From Octopus sinensis (lineage: Eukaryota), in contig NW_021824146.1 in NCBI RefSeq assembly GCF_006345805.1, positions 1 through 19,861 on the forward strand: 19,861 nucleotides of DNA. The letters run 5' to 3'. This document shows positions 10,186 through 19,861 of this stretch, one piece after another. The translations under genes were made by a program, and so were the position numbers. The notes beneath the pieces were generated by a model. The model worked only from the letters and a program-made list of their open reading frames with translations, had not been told where the DNA came from and did not search any database. Positions within the stretch are counted from its first letter, which is position 1. Each line of letters begins with the position of its first letter.

Positions 10186-10881
10186 TATTTGTTATATAAG
10201 AACAAAATGCAATATGTCTGATCATTTATAGAGATGCGTATCACGTTATTAGCGTTGGAGCCACATTCAGAAACAAGAGTAACAGTGTAATATTAATATT
10301 TTCTCTTCATCCATCAACATTATTTTAAAATTATCATGAAAATGTAGTTCCGCATTTAATTTTGGAGAGAAGTTTTTGTTGAAGTGTAGTTCCATTGCTT
10401 TTCGGAATTTTGGTTCATCTCTTGAACATTTGTTAAAGGGAAAGGTTTTTGAACTTTCTTTGCCTCATATTTTTAGATGCTTGCTCAGTGGAATCTTACG
10501 TAATGCCTCTTATATATATGTTCGTTCCTCTTTCTTGATTGTCCTGAAAACTCTCTTTCTGCCTATTTTCCCATCTCTTTGCCTTTCGTTCTCTCTTTCC
10601 CCACTTTTTCCAAACAAACAAAAATATTTTAATTGAGATTTTGTCTTGACGAGTTCGATAAATGAAAGCGCTAATAAAGAATTATCTCCTTTTTTTTCGA
10701 TATACAGTATCTGTACACCGCTTCAAACACTCTCTACATACGTATAAATATATATATATATTTATATATTATATGTGTGCGCGTGTCGATGTGTTTGTAT
10801 GACGGACGTTGACCTAGACACCGTCTACAGTACACCGGTGAACTTGAGGTAGGTTACCATCATAAGTGGAAACTTGAAAGA

Positions 10882-10951
10882 AGCATTACACAGGGAGATT
10901 GAACCACGCATCACCTAGCAGCAAAGCCGACTTCTGAACCACACAACAATG
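10882..10951 (-). mobile_element. Highly degenerate tRNA-like SINE head
   Basis: GATTGAACC...GACTTCTGAACCACACAACAATG resembles the reverse complement of the CORE-like SINE head (B box GGTTCAATC; ...ACCACACAGCCA). Confidence 0.45.
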
Positions 10952-11409
10952 ATTTTCCCATATTTCCCTTCTCTTCTGTAGACAGTTCTAATTTTATTTT
11001 ATTTGTCAAAATGGAAACGTTTCATTGTTACCAAGAATGGAACTGTCTTAGATTAGCAGGAATGACACTTTGCCATCTCCGTCACCAACATTCACTACAT
11101 TCTTCCCCCACCAACTCAAACACTGTCGTTGAAGAAACAACACACAAGTGGTAGTTATTACAAAGCAGACACAACGTTATATCCAGAGGGAATTAATACC
11201 ATACGGAAAGAGTTGCTATATGCTATAAATGAAATCCATGTTTATATAAGTATTTCTATGCTGTGTTTTTCAAATATTTTTGTATGTGTTTTATCAATTG
11301 TTTCGTTTTGTATTTTAGTAACTCCAATTATATATTCGTTCTGTTCTATGAATGGACTTAAGAGATTTTATCAAAATAGGCAGCACACTTGTATAATTTA
11401 TTGACAGTA

Positions 11410-11589
11410 TATATTGTCGTATGTCTGTATGTATGCATATATACATACACGTATATATTTATGTGTGCGTTTCTTTGTCTTACCTATTATACGTATACGT
11501 ACGAATGTATGTATGGGTTTATATACATACATTAGTATGTATGTGTGCGCTTCTTCATATGAAATTACTAAACTTACACACACATAAAG

Positions 11590-11646
<57 letters not shown>

Positions 11647-11690
11647 TTCGTATCGTAAATACATATATGTACATACGTACATGTATACAT
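11410..11690. repeat. Compound microsatellite including perfect (CT)n 11590-11606 and (TA)n 11607-11644
   Basis: Directly visible. Confidence 0.92.
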
Positions 11691-13472
11691 ATCTTAACTT
11701 TCTACTTCAACCGGTTGTTAATATAATTGGATATGTCAGGTATATCTTACTCGTGCGTGTTTTTGGTAAACACACATCCTTAGCGTAGATGAAAAAAATA
11801 CATTAAGGAAAAAAATAACTAAATGCTTTTACTACTGTGGCTGGGCAGAAAATAGTTTAGATATCATTAATTCCAAGTTTTCTTAAACTTTGTCTTATTC
11901 ACTTTCTGCTCAAACGCAGAACATTAGGTTGCAGCAAAGTTAACAATGTATCTCTGAGAGATCTGAACCTGGTCACAACCGTTCCCCTGCACTAACCATA
12001 AAGGAAACTTTTTAAGAGGCACAACGTAAACATAAGCCAAAGGTGCCATACATACGTGAAACTGTATATCTGATATATTACACATCGACTACTGTGTTAT
12101 CGGTGATTCTCTTAGAATAAACACTAGTGTTGGAGATGAATTATGAAAACGTTTAGCGGGAGGGGGGAATTCTAACGACAGGGAAGCAATGGAGCAAATT
12201 CACAAACGGATTTTGAGTAATTAATATTTATGAACAACCTAAGTTGACTCTGAGAGCCTAGTGTTTTATACATATGATACAGTTGGTGTTCTGTTGCTTA
12301 ACGCGCGGTCAAGTTTGATTGAACATGCCTAGATACATATATATACACATATGTATGTATATATGTATACGCACACACACGCACACGCACATAGACATAC
12401 ACATATGTATACACCAACACAACTAAAGTTGAGGTGCTGGTACATGCTCATTAAAAAAATCTTAGAATGGGTCATCTCTATAGATTCCGGAATAAATGTA
12501 AAGCGTAAACGTTATATAACCATGACAGACGGAGAACTGAGTCAATGTTTTTATATTTTAAACATATATCAAAGTGAACTAAAGAAAATAGGATGTTACA
12601 TCTGACATACAAAAGAAGAAAAGCTAAAGCTTCACAATGACCATTAAACGAAAAGCATCCAAACCATACTGAAATATAAGTAAAATGAACAGCATAGAAA
12701 GCCTTGATTCTCAGAAACATTTTATGACTACTGTTTAAACACCATCTCAAAGAGCTCCGGAAAATGTAGGCATATTGAGAAGCATCTGCTACATACGTAC
12801 CTGCTTTAATTATGATGCCTTTCTGTAGGTTTATTACATATATAATATCACTCATCCATTCGTTTCCCCGTCGTTTAAATTGTAACCGAATATTATTTTA
12901 TTGAAATTACCGACATCAATGCTTATTACAGTACAATCACGGTAAACGTAGTTCGCTCAACAGTCCCTCAAGCCTACATTTTTTCCGCCCATTATTCCTT
13001 GGAATGTTATGGGTAATTGTGACCTCCATAGAGTACTCTCAAAAACCGCAACCATTACACTTTCTAGCTGGTTTCCCAAAAGTAACCAAGACTATAAATA
13101 TTATCCAGTAATCTTCTTCCCTTTCGATTGCCCCGGCTTGAAGAATCTGTCTTTCAATTATTTGCTGAGACATTGTAATTACATGTACAACTAACTGGAG
13201 CAGTGACCTTTCAAAGTAGAAAAGCGGCGGATCGATCAGGAGAATCCCTGCTCTCCGTACTATGCATCTTGTCTAGGAACGTTACTCCAGAATGCCTGCG
13301 GGGTGGGGCTCTCTATTTTGACTGCTTGCACAAACGATCTTCTTTGGTCATTACCCATAATTCATAGTAGCTATGAAAACAGTTCATTTGAATTATATCA
13401 AATTGGTACCGCTCAAATTTAAAGTCATCATTTTGCTTCTTCCCTCATCATCTCTCACTCTTTCTCTTCTTC

Positions 13473-13506
<34 letters not shown>

Positions 13507-13508
<2 letters not shown>

Positions 13509-13716
13509 TTCTTTTATCTGTTTCAGTCTGCGGCCATGCTGGGGCACAACATTGAAGAATCGGACGTATCATTCCTAAGCATTTTTTTAAAGCCTGATGC
13601 TTATTCTACCGGTTGATTCTAACGCAACACTAAGTTACAAGGAGCATAAACAAGCCAACACCGGTTGTCAAGCGATGGTGGAGGACAAACACAGGCAAGT
13701 TGACACACACGCACAC
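13507..13716 (-). mobile_element. 3' half of the CORE-like SINE, minus strand
   Basis: GTTTCAGTCTGCGGCCATGCTGGGGCAC and CGGTTGTCAAGCGATGGTGGAGGACAAACAC are reverse complements of the 3' half of the copies at 3832 and 14008. Confidence 0.85.
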
Positions 13717-13844
13717 GTATATGTGCTTGTGTGCTGCGTGGAACACCATCTCTACCACCCTTACAATTAGTACAATTAATAAAAACAATAGTAATATTTG
13801 TACACACGTACCTTCAGATATACAAACATACATCTGAGTGTGCG

Positions 13845-14005
13845 AGCATGTGTGTATATATACATACACCTATGTATATATATACACACATATTTATACA
13901 TATATATATATATATCTATATATATATATATATATATATATACATACATATACATATATGTGTATGTATGCATTTATATATTATACAATATATGGACATA
14001 CATAG
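13845..14005. repeat. (AT)n/(AC)n microsatellite
   Basis: Directly visible. Confidence 0.92.
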
Positions 14006-14007
14006 AT

Positions 14008-14166
14008 AGGAGCAGGAGTGGCTGTATGGTAAGTAGCTTGTTTACGAACCAAATGGTTCCGGGTTCAGTCACACTGCGTGGCATCTTGGGCAAGTTACTT
14101 CTTGTGAATGGATTTGGTAGACGGAAACTGAAAGAATCTCATCATATATGTATATACATATATGTG

Positions 14167-14209
<43 letters not shown>

Positions 14210-14402
14210 TTTGTGTCTGTATTAGTCCTCTCACCATCGCTTGACAACCGATGTTGGTGTGCTTACGTCACCGTAACTTAGTTGTTCGGCAAAAGAGACA
14301 GATATAAGTACTACGGTTACAAAGATCAAATTCTGGGGTCGATTTGCGGTGCTCCAACATGGCCGCAGTCGAGTGACTGAAACATATAAAAGACTAAAAG
14401 AA
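14008..14402 (+). mobile_element. tRNA-headed SINE, CORE-like type, near full length with internal (AT)n(GT)n
   Basis: A-box-like TGGCTGTATGG, B box GGTTCAGTC, CORE-like CATCTTGGGCAAGT, internal microsatellite ~14140-14220, and 3' end GGTGCTCCAACATGGCCGCAGTC...TGACTGAAAC. Confidence 0.92.
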
Positions 14403-15392
14403 TATACATATATATGTATATATAATCTATACGTATATATGAATAAAAATAAATGTATATATACACGCACACACACGCACACACATACACGCATATGTAT
14501 ATAGAGAGAGGTGCCGAGAGAAACCGAGAGAGATGCGTTGACGAAAAACATTAACCCAACTAGTAAATTGAGTTTGTGATTAGCTTTCGATTTCCGATGC
14601 TAACTCTTTCTATTCACTTGCATTGTAAAGTCCTATTTTCATCTAACTAGGAAATGCCACGATGTAAGGCAATCACATTTCTTCCTTTTTCCATTGATAC
14701 AAGAGGTGTACGGATATTAAAGCTGAAGACTTCGAAATGAAATGAAATAAGCAAGTATCCTGTGTTGTCATTCCATTATTTAACAACAATTGGATCATGG
14801 TATTTTTTATGTCTTTATCTATCAAATACCACACAGATGATTTGAATTTTCTACGAATTCTATCAGAGATATGATTAATTTTAAAGTTTTGAGACAGAGC
14901 TATATCTATTGCTGAAGTTTTGGTAAATAAGGATTTCTAAGCACTAACAAGGTTAGTCTTATACCAGATCGACCCGTGTTAATTCCGCCTGTTAGAATGG
15001 TCTGGTTTACATTTAGAAGTTTAAAAAAAGACACATTTCAAAAGATAGTCATTAAAATAGTTTCATTACGTTAAACGCTTCTATTATGCAGATATTTTTT
15101 TGCGTAGTTAAGGTTGTTAAAGGTGTAACCATTCGAACCTATTTTATGATAGTAAATATTTCAATTACGTTTCCAATATCATACCATAATAGAGCTTTTC
15201 GAAGGCATAACATTCTAATAGATGTTCTGGCAAGCAAGATAATACTTATAACATGAGAGCAATATTAATAATTAGGTCTTGTTATTTGTTTCTTTTATTT
15301 ATAAGACAAGTAGTCACATTCTGACGGGAATGAAATGTTATCGATTAACCCAAATTTGTTTTAGTCGTTGTAAGAGTAGAGTTTATACATAG

Positions 15393-15550
15393 ACGTGGTT
15401 ACGAAGATCGCTTCGCGAACGCCTAATTCCAGGTTGACCTTCACTGCAAGTCATCTTTCTCAAGGGCTTTCTAAGATAGCCCCGGTTCGACCAATGCTTT
15501 GTGAGTATATTTAGTTGACACAGGCTGTGTGAAAACCTGTCATATATATA
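15393..15550 (+). mobile_element. Old, diverged 5' half of the CORE-like SINE
   Basis: ATAGCCCCGGTTCGACCAATGCTTTGTGAGTATATTTAGTTGAC aligns with ATAGCCTCGGGTCGACCAAAGCCTTATGAGTGGATTTAGTAGAC at 17439-17482; it ends at a short (AT)n. Confidence 0.7.
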
Positions 15551-15819
15551 CGACTGCCTCATCGTGACAGATGACAGCTGTCTCCCACTCAGATGATTGT
15601 TCTGGTTCCCTTACATTCATCCTTGTATGTGCGCAGATATCCATCTCCACAAGATTTTTAAAAAACACAAAACAGATGAAGAAAATGAAATGACAGCGTG
15701 ACATTTGTACGTCATTGGATTTAAATGAAAACTTGCACTACAATTTTGCCGTCCTGTCGATGACCATAGATAAGTCCGGTGACAGATTGCAATATGAACT
15801 GCTAATATTTACTATTTTG

Positions 15820-16052
15820 AAGGCGGCGAGCTGGTAGAACCGTTAGCACGCCGGGCGAAATGCGTAGCGATATTACGTCTGCCGTTACGTTCTGGATTCA
15901 AATTCCGCCGAGGTCGACTTTCCCTTTCATCCTTTCGGGGTCGATAAATTAAGTACCAATTACACACTGGGGTCGATATAATCGACTTAATCCGTTAGTC
16001 TGTCCTTGCTTGTCCCCTCTGTGTTTAGCCCCTTGTAGGTAGTAAAGAAATA
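15820..16052 (+). mobile_element. tRNA-headed SINE, Meta-like type, full monomer
   Basis: Head AAGGCGGCGAGCTGGTAGAACCGTTAGCACGCCGGG, B-box-like GGATTCAAATTCC, central CCTTTCATCCTTTCGGGGTCGATAAATTAAGTACC (resembles the Meta domain as recalled), and tail GTAAAGAAATA; homologous to 16053-16171 and 16942-17167. Confidence 0.9.
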
Positions 16053-16171
16053 GGTATTTCGTCTGCCGCTACGTTCTGAGTTCAAATTCCACCGAGGCCG
16101 ACTTTGCCTTTCATCCTTTCAGGGTCTATAAATTAAGTACCAGTTACGTACTGGGGTCGATATAATCGGCT
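16053..16171 (+). mobile_element. Meta-like SINE second unit, fused head-to-tail, lacks A box
   Basis: GGTATTTCGTCTGCCGCTACGTTCTGAGTTCAAATTCCACCGAGGCCGACTTTGCCTTTCATCC... repeats ~15869-15987 with few differences. Confidence 0.92.
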
Positions 16172-16189
16172 TTTTCGTCTCATATTATT

Positions 16190-16197
16190 TAATATAA

Positions 16198-16246
<49 letters not shown>

Positions 16247-16290
16247 TATATATATGTATACATGTATGTATTTTCGTATGTGTATGTGTG
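16190..16290. repeat. (AT)n microsatellite grading to (GT)n
   Basis: Directly visible. Confidence 0.92.
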
Positions 16291-16292
16291 TG

Positions 16293-16385
16293 GGCGCTTG
16301 ACAACAGGTGTTGTGTTTACGTCCCCATAACTCAACGGTTGAGATAAAACGTGGCCGCAGCCCAGCTCCTGAAACAAATAAAATA
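16293..16385 (+). mobile_element. Internally deleted 3' half of the CORE-like SINE
   Basis: CGCTTGACAACAGGTGTTGTGTTTACGTCCCCATAACTCAACGGTT and TGGCCGCAG...CTGAAACAAATAAAA match the 3' halves of the copies at 3832 and 14008. Confidence 0.8.
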
Positions 16386-16860
16386 ATAAACGAATAAGCA
16401 GTTTAAAGTTCGGTGGCTTCAACTGTTTATTTGGCCAGTGAATCAGTCCATGTGGTTGTAAATAAATACAACACAGTCGGAATAATCCAGCGAGAAGACT
16501 TCATTGAAATCACTTCAAAACTGATGAGAATCTTTTTGACATTCAGTCCTGAATTGAAATATTTCCGTTGGTTCTAACTGTCCGTTGTGCACTTGATGAA
16601 AGTAAATTTTTCAATGGTGAATTCGTTTGTTTATAATTATATCTATTTACCGATTCCTCAGGGATAAAAGTTAAATATATATTGAATACAGAAGCTTTGA
16701 TTTTATTCAAAGTGAGAATACTAAATATATATTGTAAATTGTCTCACTGAGTTATTTTAGATTTTCTACGAAATCTACTGGGTCTTTGTCAGTATATAAT
16801 ACGGACTGCTATTACACTAGATATAATGCCACATATTTTAATGGAATTATATGAAATTCT

Positions 16861-16935
16861 AAGGCTGTGAGCTGGCAGATTCGCTAAGCACTCCGGGGTG
16901 GGGGGTGGGGCAAACTGCTTAGTAGAATTTGTTCC
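16861..16935 (+). mobile_element. Isolated degenerate head of the Meta-like SINE
   Basis: AAGGCTGTGAGCTGGCAGATTCGCTAAGCACTCCGGG...CAAACTGCTTAG aligns with 15820-15867. Confidence 0.7.
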
Positions 16936-16941
16936 GGCTAT

Positions 16942-17167
16942 AACGCGACGAGCTGGTTGAATCGTTAGCACGCCGGGCTAAAAAGCTTAGCGGTATTTCG
17001 CCTTTCGCCGCATTCTGAGTTCAAATTCTACCGAGGTCAACATTGCCTTTTATCCTTTCTGGGTCGATAAATTAAGTACCAATCAAGTACGGGGGGGGGG
17101 GATGTCGACGGAATCGACTTACCACCTCCACCCAAAATTTCAGTCCTTTTGCCTACAGAAGAAAGGA
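16942..17167 (+). mobile_element. Meta-like SINE, full monomer with a different 3' tail
   Basis: Collinear with 15820-15987 through TCGACTTA; it then has the tail CCACCTCCACCCAAAATTTCAGTCCTTTTGCC...GAAAGGA instead of the 15988-16052 tail. Confidence 0.9.
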
Positions 17168-17340
17168 GAATTTGTTGCAACTGTACGTTCTGATTTCAAA
17201 TTCCACTGAGGTCGATTTTCCCTTCTCAGTTTTTCAGAGTCGATGAAATATGTACAAATCAAGCGTTGGGGTTGATGTCATCGCCTTCTACCTTCTCTTA
17301 ACCATGCAGTCCTTATGCCAAGAATTCGAAAGGATTATTA
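17168..17340 (+). mobile_element. Meta-like SINE, diverged 5'-truncated unit abutting the previous copy
   Basis: TACGTTCTGATTTCAAATTCCACTGAGGTCGATTTTCCC... homologous to 15886-15987; tail GCAGTCCTTATGCC...GAAAGGATTATTA resembles the tail of 16942-17167. Confidence 0.8.
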
Positions 17341-17358
17341 TATGAAATATTTACAGAA

Positions 17359-17497
17359 GTGGTAAGTAGCTTGCTTACGAACCACTTGCTTCCGGTTTCA
17401 GTCCAATTGCGTAGCACCTTGGGCAATTGTCTTTTATCATAGCCTCGGGTCGACCAAAGCCTTATGAGTGGATTTAGTAGACGGAAACTGGAAGAAG
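17359..17497 (+). mobile_element. 5' half of the CORE-like SINE
   Basis: GTGGTAAGTAGCTTGCTTACGAACCAC...CACCTTGGGCAA (17415-17426, like the MIR/CORE motif ACCTTGGGCAAG)...GTAGACGGAAACTGGAAGAAG. Confidence 0.88.
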
Positions 17498-17859
17498 GCT
17501 GGAAGAATTCTGGCGCCTTTCACAAGATACAAATTGAATAATAAGCTACGAGCGACTCGCTATTTAATCTGTATTGTGTTAGTGCTCGATATCAACTAGA
17601 GCTATGAGATAAGTTAATTAAAAGAAATAATATTGAGTAATATTTGACATTTAAAATTTTTTGAACTCTGAAACAGTCGTCTGTCGGATAAAATTTCTAG
17701 AGAATTATCTGAATTTTAAATATTCTTATTCCAATTTTCATTTTTGTTAGACAATTTAATAATTAATTACGTTTCTGTTTAATTTGTTTCTGTTTAAAAA
17801 ACTTATTGAAATTGTCAAAAACTAATTCTAAAAAATAACTTTTAATTGGTTAACGAAGA

Positions 17860-18142
17860 GTATATGCATGTATATATGTATGTATGCTTATATATGTGTG
17901 TGTGAGTGCGTGATTTTCTGCGTGTTAGTATATACATATATGCATATATTTGCTTTCGAATTAAATTTACATTTTAAATCTATTAATAAAGATAAAAATT
18001 AAACTTGAAGGGGGATTCAGTACATACATATGCGCATCCGTGCTTGTATGTAAGTGTGCGGCGCGTGTGGATATACATATTATGTGTAGACATTTGTGTG
18101 TGCATGTGTATATATGCATATGTATACGTATATATATATGTA

Positions 18143-18183
<41 letters not shown>

Positions 18184-18339
18184 ATATATACTCGATGTAA
18201 ATATATGTATATGTATTTATATACATGTACGATATATATACAATATATCTATATCTATCTATCTATATATGTGTGTGTGTGTATATATATGTATTTATAT
18301 ACATATACTATATATATGTATTTATATACATATACTATA

Positions 18340-18371
<32 letters not shown>

Positions 18372-18694
18372 CATATATACGATATATATACAATATATCT
18401 ATATCTATCTATCTATATATGTGTGTGTGTGTATATATATGTATTATTATTATATATGTATACATATATATATATAATATACATATACATGAATAATACA
18501 TATATATATGTATAGATATAATATATGTATACATATATATATATATATACATATATATATGTATATATATATATGTATATATATATGTATATATATATTT
18601 ATGTATACATATATATATATATACATATATTATATGTTATATCTATATGTTATATATATATATCTATATATATATATATATGTATATAAATATA

Positions 18695-18730
<36 letters not shown>

Positions 18731-18860
18731 TATATACCCACACACACGTTATATGCTCGCCACTGTATGTTTGTGTGTATTTTATACTACGATTTTATAC
18801 GCATAGATACATACATGATGTGTGTGTCTGTGCGTCTGTGCGTATGTGCGTGCGTGTTTC
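17860..18860. repeat. ~1-kb compound (AT)n/(GT)n microsatellite field with internal duplications
   Basis: Directly visible; exact 68-bp repeat at 18228-18295 and 18378-18445. Confidence 0.95.
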
Positions 18861-19714
18861 AAAACAGCGTGTCTGGCAGTGCGCGTTTACGCTTCTGTGT
18901 CTGAGTTAGTTCGTGTCTCTATGTTCATGCCTGTGCGTCTACGGAGGCGAATACATGAATCTGTGCATACTCTGTGCAATATATTATTGAATATCTCAAA
19001 GAATTTATTGAGAAATCTAAAAAGAAATCTTATGAGTTTTTAATATTTTCGTTGTTTTTTTTTTTTTTTAATTTGCAAATTGTGAAAATGAAATATAAAA
19101 TAAAAAATTAAATTTATTAAAAAAATAAGAAATATCTGAGTACTCTTTTTATACGCATGAAACCGGTTTTGAAATTTCTTCATTAAAACGGTAAAAATGA
19201 CGCGGTAGTTTATTAAACGCCAAGCGAAACCATATAAGATAATCTGCTGGAGGGCAAGTGTTAAATCGATCTAATGAGCAAAGCTGTAATCACGATGATT
19301 AATTATAATATAGATATATCAAAACCTAATATCCAGACACTTCTACATATATATAATAACCACGCACGTATCAGACAATCATTATTATACTTGATACAGA
19401 CTTCATTAATATAGCAAGTTGTTTTTAAAATTTACCGTCTCTTTTTTTTCTTTGTGCTCTTTCTATGGCTGTCAGTGAAATTATGTGTATAAATATCAGT
19501 GGAGAGGATATATGTATGTGCCTGTTCGTGTGTTCGTGTGTTGTGTGCTTCTGTTCTGCTTGATGCGTGAGCTTTTTGAAGTTTGTGTGTGTGTCTGCGA
19601 GAGAATGAGATGTATATGGAGAATTTGTGTCTTCGAGATTCCATGGATAACAATTTAATTCGAATGACTCATATGTGTTCGCTTCCACAAATATTATATA
19701 TGGACGCATGATAT

Positions 19715-19805
19715 AGAGAGATAGACAAACAAATAGACAGATAGACAGACAGACAGACAGACAGACAAATAGAAAGAGTGAGAGATAAATAGAAAATAGA
19801 TAGAT
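19715..19805. repeat. (GACA)n/(GATA)n tetranucleotide microsatellite
   Basis: Directly visible. Confidence 0.92.
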
Positions 19806-19861
19806 GTAGGACAAGATACTGTGATAGGCTGGGCTTCAGAGGTCCACAGCTCTTCAATTTC

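Noticed and set aside
10980-11048. 9-bp inverted repeat AGACAGTTC/GAACTGTCT
   Set aside because: Too short, with no TSD or internal pairing.
13007-13360. 11-bp inverted repeat TTATGGGTAAT/ATTACCCATAA ~350 bp apart (possible TIRs or ZNF143/Staf-like sites)
   Set aside because: No target-site duplication, only partial fit to the Staf motif, and an 11-bp match at this spacing is expected by chance in 20 kb of AT-rich DNA.
15820-15906. tRNA gene call for the SINE heads (also at 3832, 6731, 14008, 16942)
   Set aside because: A/B boxes are present but no cloverleaf forms, and each head continues into a shared SINE body.
593-19857. All ORFs in the supplied six-frame track
   Set aside because: Most are translations of microsatellites (IY/YI, HT, LSIY, poly-M/H/I). 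The rest (e.g. 2191-2472, 3828-4439, 9848-10108, 12478-12855) lack recognisable domains, and several run through SINE or MITE sequence.
1-19861. CRISPR array, operon or other prokaryotic system
   Set aside because: No regularly spaced direct repeats with unique spacers and no gene-dense structure; the sequence is eukaryotic repeat-rich DNA.

Overview
Very AT-rich, non-coding animal DNA dominated by microsatellites ((AT)n, (GT)n, (CT)n, (ATC)n, (GATA)n) and short interspersed repeats. The repeat content and SINE sequences look like coleoid cephalopod (Octopus-type) intronic or intergenic DNA; this taxonomic call is from recall of such repeats and was not verified by a search. No protein-coding region is supported: the supplied ORFs are mostly translations of simple repeats (IYIY, HTHT, poly-M/H/I) or chance ORFs. 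Recognisable elements are about a dozen copies or fragments of three tRNA-headed SINE types (CORE-like, V-like, Meta-like central segments), a 207-bp Tigger/pogo-like MITE with TA target duplications (9979-10185), and a degenerate 5S rRNA-derived sequence on the minus strand (4833->4724). The most intriguing signal is that the 5S-like head is followed by a strong hairpin ending in the first T4 run, outlining a possible ~200-nt Pol III unit (5S-derived SINE or ncRNA).
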